Below the pieces are notes generated by a model. It was not told where the DNA came from. It made no database searches and saw only the letters and a list, made by a program, of their open reading frames with translations. Positions 27,448-32,000 of a stretch of 32,000 bases of DNA are shown one piece after another. The DNA lies in NCBI RefSeq assembly GCF_000014265.1, contig NC_008312.1:2820001-2852000 (forward strand), in the 5' to 3' direction. Position 1 is the stretch's first letter, and every line of letters starts with the position of its first letter. Source of the stretch: Trichodesmium erythraeum IMS101 (GTDB lineage Bacteria; Cyanobacteriota; Cyanobacteriia; Cyanobacteriales; Microcoleaceae). A program made the position numbers and the translations under genes.

Positions 27448-27488
27448 ATATCTAGTAGGGGGTTTCCCGCCGGAAAACCCCTAGATAT
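27448..27488. repeat. GC-cored imperfect hairpin ATATCTAGTAGGGGGTTTCC cgcc GGAAAACCCCTAGATAT
   Basis: About 17 pairable positions around a 4-nt loop. No U-tract follows on either strand. Confidence 0.6.
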
Positions 27489-27591
27489 AGTCTATGATTT
27501 GATATGCCTAGCTTAGTTATCATAAGTTTATAATTCTATAATTACTTCAACTTTCCCTACTCTCCTACTCCCAATATCCCAAAAATTTCAA

Positions 27592-28500
27592 CTAGGAAAC
27601 TGTGATAGAACCCAGTAACCTTTCCACAACTGTTTTCGTCTGTCTTCCTCCTACGGTTATTAAACGATGGGAAAGTACATAAGGAACAAGAAACTTGACA
27701 TCATCAGGAATAGCATAATTTCTTCCGGATAGAAAACCTAAAGCTTGAGTTGCTTGATGTAAAGTAACTGTTCCACGAGGACTAACACCTAGTGTAATTT
27801 CTTCATCTTCCCTTGTTGCTCTAACCAGTTTGAGAATATACTTTTTCAAAGACTCATCTACTTTGACTAAGCTGCATAAACGACGTAACTCCTGTACTTC
27901 CTCCAAAGTAATGCAAGCTTTTAGTGTCTTAACTCCTGAACCTTCAGAAATTCTTTGTAGCATCTGAAGCTCTTCCGACTCTGTAGGATAGCCTAATGTT
28001 AGAGATAAAGTAAAACGATCCATTTGTGCTTCTGGCAATGGAAATGTTCCCTGATACTCAATTGGGTTCTGAGTTGCAATTACAAAAAATGGGTTAGGAA
28101 CAGAACGCGACACCCCATCTATGGTAACCTGTTTTTCCTCCATTACTTCCAAAAGAGCAGACTGAGTACGAGGTGTTGCACGATTAATTTCATCCGTCAA
28201 TAGGACGTTTGCAAAGACCGGGCCGGGTAGAAATTCAAATTCTCCACTGCGAGGATTCCAAATATTAGTACCAGTAATATCAGTGGGTAGTAAGTCAGGA
28301 GTACATTGAATTCGCTGAAACTTTCCAGCGATCGAATAAGCTAAAGATTTTGCTAGTAAGGTTTTACCTACACCGGGAACATCTTCTAGAAGAACATGAC
28401 CCCCTGAAAGTAGAGCTACTAATACTAACTTGATGCCATCTTCTTTGCCCACAATAGCTTGACTCAGATTTTCTTTTAGCTTTTCAATACTTTCTATCAT
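27592..28500 (-). CDS. MoxR-family AAA+ ATPase (AAA_3)
   Basis: Walker A EDVPGVGKT, TPDLLPTDITG, Walker B LLTDEINRATPRTQSALLEVMEE, and VIATQNP. 302 aa. Confidence 0.85.
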   Translation of the reverse strand: MIESIEKLKENLSQAIVGKEDGIKLVLVALLSGGHVLLEDVPGVGKTLLAKSLAYSIAGKFQRIQCTPDLLPTDITGTNIWNPRSGEFEFLPGPVFANVLLTDEINRATPRTQSALLEVMEEKQVTIDGVSRSVPNPFFVIATQNPIEYQGTFPLPEAQMDRFTLSLTLGYPTESEELQMLQRISEGSGVKTLKACITLEEVQELRRLCSLVKVDESLKKYILKLVRATREDEEITLGVSPRGTVTLHQATQALGFLSGRNYAIPDDVKFLVPYVLSHRLITVGGRQTKTVVERLLGSITVS

Positions 28501-28907
28501 AAAATTATTAATGTAGTCATTTCAAATAAGAATAAAATACTTTTTCACCTAAAACCTTTTCAGAGTAAGAAAGCTTTCTTTCAATCTTAACTGAAATAAC
28601 TATAGTTTCCATGAATCAAGATTAACCATGAAACGTCCCTACTAAATTATAGGAGGAAGCTTTGCGAGCTTCAGTAAAAATGTTTTATAGTACTAACAAA
28701 CTTTGTGCGATCGCTATGCAGAACACAAAAACCATGAATCAAATTGTGATTACCTAAGAATATAAAAGGAATAGGATTAATTCCCATCCCTTAAATTAAA
28801 TCTGATTTTACTTACATAATTTCTCAAAATAATTGGGTATTGCCACTCCACCTTGAATGGCAAAATATTTCTGGAGGGTTGCTCACTCCTATATCATTAC
28901 AAAAACA

Positions 28908-28928
28908 ACTTCTGACTTCTGACTTTGT
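28908..28928. repeat. Heptamer tract ACTTCTG ACTTCTG ACTTTGT
   Basis: Read directly, 3' of the rbp gene. Confidence 0.5.
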
Positions 28929-28948
28929 TATTGGTCACTAGAGAAGCT

Positions 28949-29218
28949 CTATCTTCTACCACCACTACCTCGTTCTTCTCGTGGCCTGGCCTTATTAACT
29001 TTGAGAATACGTCCCATTAATTCAGAACCATCCAGTCCCTCAATTGCTGCTGTCTCTTCATCTTCACTCTCCATTTCTACAAAAGCAAAGCCCCGGGGGC
29101 GACCAGTTTCACGATCATTAGGGACTTGAACTCGCTTAACATTACCATATTTAGCAAAGGCAGTCTTTAGATCCTCATCTGTTGCATCATAGGAAAGGTT
29201 TCCAACGTAAACCGACAT
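28949..29218 (-). CDS. Glycine/arginine-tailed RRM RNA-binding protein (cyanobacterial Rbp type)
   Basis: RNP2 VYVGNL and RNP1 RGFAFVEM. 89 aa. Confidence 0.85.
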   Translation of the reverse strand: MSVYVGNLSYDATDEDLKTAFAKYGNVKRVQVPNDRETGRPRGFAFVEMESEDEETAAIEGLDGSELMGRILKVNKARPREERGSGGRR

Positions 29219-30010
29219 GATTGACCTCCAAAATAGGAATTTAATATAGAGAGATTTCGGAAGGCCAGTAATGCCAGATGAAATATCATCAAAAAGCTCA
29301 TCACTGAAAGCAAAAACTGCAACCTATACCTATTCTCAAACTAGATTTTATCATAGATAGTTTGGCTTCAAAATTATATAAGTAATAGCAATTCTTATCT
29401 CTGAATGAGATACAAAATTCTTTTGTAGCACGGGAGTAGGGACTAGAATAGAACAAAAACAATCGTACCTCAGTAATTGGAGAAATACTATAAAACTTTC
29501 ATCTAATTGAAAACTAACAATAAAGTTTTTGATATTCTAGTTATATAAAATCTTTACTAAATTTTCAATGACATCTAAAAATTAAAATTAGGAGTGCTAT
29601 ATTTTATATTTTGTAAGTTTGGTATAATTATCAGTATCATGCTATAGAAATAATTAATTTAAAAATAAGTATTAAGGAACTTGTTGAGCAACTAAATATT
29701 ATTATTTGAATAAGGTCAAGTATTGAAATCAGTCTACAGCTAGTGGTTCTTAGTATTCATACTCATAAAGTCATCGTAAAAAATAGGTAATAAATAATTC
29801 TTTTTTCCCCTATTCCCTGCCTTCTTTGTGATATTTCCTGATATATTCAATCTCTTATACCAAAGAGAAAAAAATAATACACAGTCCATGGTGCATCTTA
29901 ATTATAGTTGCTTAAAAAGAGCGTATCTAATTCATAAAAAAGTAGTTATTTTTATCCATATACCCCTTATTTTTCAAGACTTACTTTCCTATTGGGTCTT
30001 TCTTCTGACT

Positions 30011-30036
30011 TAGGGATGTTTTATAAAACATCCCTA
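30011..30036. repeat. Perfect 26-nt palindrome TAGGGATGTTTTA|TAAAACATCCCTA
   Basis: Read directly. It lies 34 nt beyond the ribF stop. Confidence 0.7.
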
Positions 30037-30069
30037 CCTTATGTAATAAAGATTCTAATCTGCTTGGTA

Positions 30070-31176
30070 TTATATAGTTTGATTTTTAAGTATACTTCTA
30101 GCAATTCTACAATCTTCATATATTTGAGCTTTCAGTAAATCTAGAGAAGCGAATTTTTGTTCAGGTCGCAAAAACTCTATCAAATTTACAGTTAAAGTTT
30201 GACCATATAAATCTTGAGACATATCTAATAGGTGAACTTCAACAGTTGGATCTAAACTATTTAATGTAGGGCGGCAACCAACGTTCATTACTCCTAAATA
30301 GGGGCTCTCAGCATGAAGTATTTCTTGAGGTTGTTTTTGTCGAGAAAGATAGACTTCCACAGCATAAACCCCAAAACGAGGCAAGAATTTTTGTGCTGCT
30401 AGCTGAAGATTTGCTGTAGGAAATCCTAAAGTTCTACCTAGTTGTTGTCCATGCACCACTTCACCAATTAAACTGTAAGGACGACCTAATAAACGATTTG
30501 ATTTATCTAGATCTCCTTTTTCTAAAGCTTGACGAATTATAGAACTACTAATACGCTCTCCATTTTCACTATGATATAGAGGTACAGTTGTTACATCTAT
30601 ATCATAGTAACCAGCGATCGCCTGCAAATCTTTGGCCTTTCCTGCTCTTTTTTGTCCAAAACAAAAATCACACCCCACGCTTATTTGATGTACTTGTAAG
30701 CCTTTTACTAAAATTTCTTCTACAAATTTATTAGGAGTTAGATCGGCCAAATTTCGATCAAATGGCAATAATACTACTTGTTCAACTCCGATATGTTTAA
30801 ATATTGCCAATTTTTCTTCTAGTGGAGCTAACAATTTTTTTGGTTTTCCACTAAAAAACTCTTGTGGATGAGGATTAAAAGTAACAACAGTGGAATAAAT
30901 TTTTTGCCTTAGGTAATCATCATTTTTTCCCAATTCATTTTCAAAATGCCATGATGATAATTTTGAATCTTGATGCCATAATTTAAGCTTTGTATCTTCA
31001 TCTACTTCTGTAGTTCTTGTCAATTCTGATGGACAAACAGAAAGTAACTTTGATCTACCCTTTAAGTTTAAAATTGGTTCTATTACTTGCCTATGTCCTT
31101 GATGTAAACCATCAAAGTTTCCTAAGGCAACTGCTGTTGGAGTTAGAGCTGTAGCTAAAGAAGAAGTTATCCACAC
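30070..31176 (-). CDS. ribF: Bifunctional riboflavin kinase / FMN adenylyltransferase
   Basis: GNFDGLHQGH, VVTFNPHP, GCDFCFG, and the kinase part GFPTANL .. VEVHLLD. GTG start. 368 aa with an internal insertion. Confidence 0.85.
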   Translation of the reverse strand: MWITSSLATALTPTAVALGNFDGLHQGHRQVIEPILNLKGRSKLLSVCPSELTRTTEVDEDTKLKLWHQDSKLSSWHFENELGKNDDYLRQKIYSTVVTFNPHPQEFFSGKPKKLLAPLEEKLAIFKHIGVEQVVLLPFDRNLADLTPNKFVEEILVKGLQVHQISVGCDFCFGQKRAGKAKDLQAIAGYYDIDVTTVPLYHSENGERISSSIIRQALEKGDLDKSNRLLGRPYSLIGEVVHGQQLGRTLGFPTANLQLAAQKFLPRFGVYAVEVYLSRQKQPQEILHAESPYLGVMNVGCRPTLNSLDPTVEVHLLDMSQDLYGQTLTVNLIEFLRPEQKFASLDLLKAQIYEDCRIARSILKNQTI

Positions 31177-31265
31177 ACTTTATATTTGTATTAATTTACT
31201 CACCTTTTACCAGATCTAATCTGATTTTTTATAAGTTTTTTGTTAGTTTACTTACAAAATTTCAA

Positions 31266-32000
31266 TTAAGCAGAAATTTTAAGTTCTTTTACAACGGTCT
31301 TTACTTCTAAGTTTTCTTCCTGATCATTATCCGGAGGAATTAATTGAATTGACAGACCTTCCCTTGCCATCAAACTATTAGGAAATTTTTCTGCTACTTT
31401 CTCCCCTACATTATCTAAAAAATCATCATTGTGCAAGGGGTCATGGTGAAAAATAACCAATTTTTTGACTTGAGCTGTTTTAGCAATTTTTATAGCTTCC
31501 TGCCAAGTGGAGTGGCCCCAACCTATTTTACTAGACTTTTTCGAGTAATATTCTTCATCTGTATAGGTTGCATCGTAGATTAAAACATCTGCATGACGAG
31601 CCAAAAATAAAACATTTTCATCCAAGCGATCTGGAAAATGTTCTGTGTCAGAAACATAAGCAGCGGAATAACCTTGCCAATTTACACGATATCCCACGGC
31701 TTCTCCTGGATGATTAAGTAAAGCATTTTCTATAAGTACATCATCAATTTTGATTGACCTACCTGTTTCCAGATCAAAAAATTTTAGTTCAGCACCCATA
31801 ATTTGCAGAGGGACCGGAAAATTAGGGTTAAGCATTTGGTCATTAAGTCTTTGTTGAATAGTAGCTCCATTAGGAGCTACTGGTCCATATATGTGGAAAC
31901 GATTATTTTTAACAAAGGCAGGTGCAAAAAAAGGAAAACCTTGAATATGATCCCAGTGTGTATGAGTAAATAACATATGGGCATCTACTGGCATGTGAGA
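31266..32000 (-). CDS. MBL-fold metallo-hydrolase, N-terminus outside the window
   Basis: HTHWDHIQG (HxHxDH) lies only about 10 aa from the ORF-track Met, and the frame stays open to nt 32000. Confidence 0.7.
   Translation of the reverse strand, partial: SHMPVDAHMLFTHTHWDHIQGFPFFAPAFVKNNRFHIYGPVAPNGATIQQRLNDQMLNPNFPVPLQIMGAELKFFDLETGRSIKIDDVLIENALLNHPGEAVGYRVNWQGYSAAYVSDTEHFPDRLDENVLFLARHADVLIYDATYTDEEYYSKKSSKIGWGHSTWQEAIKIAKTAQVKKLVIFHHDPLHNDDFLDNVGEKVAEKFPNSLMAREGLSIQLIPPDNDQEENLEVKTVVKELKISA

Noticed and set aside
29828-30013. A 61-aa plus-strand ORF upstream of the rbp gene region.
   Set aside because: It lies in AT-rich spacer DNA, has a non-ATG start, shows no motif and ends in the palindrome. 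It is likely spurious.
1-32000. I searched the intergenic regions for tRNA, rRNA, tmRNA, RNase P RNA and CRISPR repeats.
   Set aside because: I found no T-loop GGTTCGAATCC-like boxes with matching acceptor stems, no rRNA-like conserved blocks, and no direct repeats separated by unique spacers. An Infernal or tRNAscan run would be needed to be certain.

Overview
This is an AT-rich chromosomal segment that looks like a filamentous (Nostocales-type) cyanobacterium. HIP1 octamers GCGATCGC recur (e.g. 5885-5892, 6178-6185) and heptameric STRR-like tracts sit at many gene ends. About 24 intact genes are present, mostly housekeeping: class B PBP, bioD, M20 amidohydrolase, PRK-like kinase, rluD, ilvN, mannose-1-P guanylyltransferase, LCP protein, pyrR, cyAbrB, Rrf2, cbiB, MoxR ATPase, RRM RNA-binding protein, ribF and an MBL hydrolase. 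Decayed mobile and accessory DNA is interspersed: a TnpB relic (about 13.0-14.25 kb), an IS630 element whose transposase carries one in-frame TAA (15148-16260), and a second IS630 fragment. An AAA+ ATPase fragment and a Uma2 endonuclease pseudogene complete the 16.5-18.1 kb decay tract. The stand-out feature is a 1343-aa single-chain protein (1588-5619, minus strand). It combines an N-terminal NACHT STAND NTPase, 16 near-identical 31-aa HEAT repeats, and a C-terminal caspase-fold (peptidase C14) domain with an intact His/Cys dyad plus a Gly/Asn/Gln-rich tail. I read it as a self-contained NLR/apoptosome-like sensor-switch-executioner candidate. Strand composition and synonymous codon endings flip sharply inside this ORF, exactly at the NACHT|HEAT junction (about nt 4170-4190). 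That suggests either a chimeric origin through an inversion or a replication-skew switch. No rRNA, tRNA or CRISPR array was recognised. All calls rest on reading the sequence and ORF translations by eye, with no database searches.
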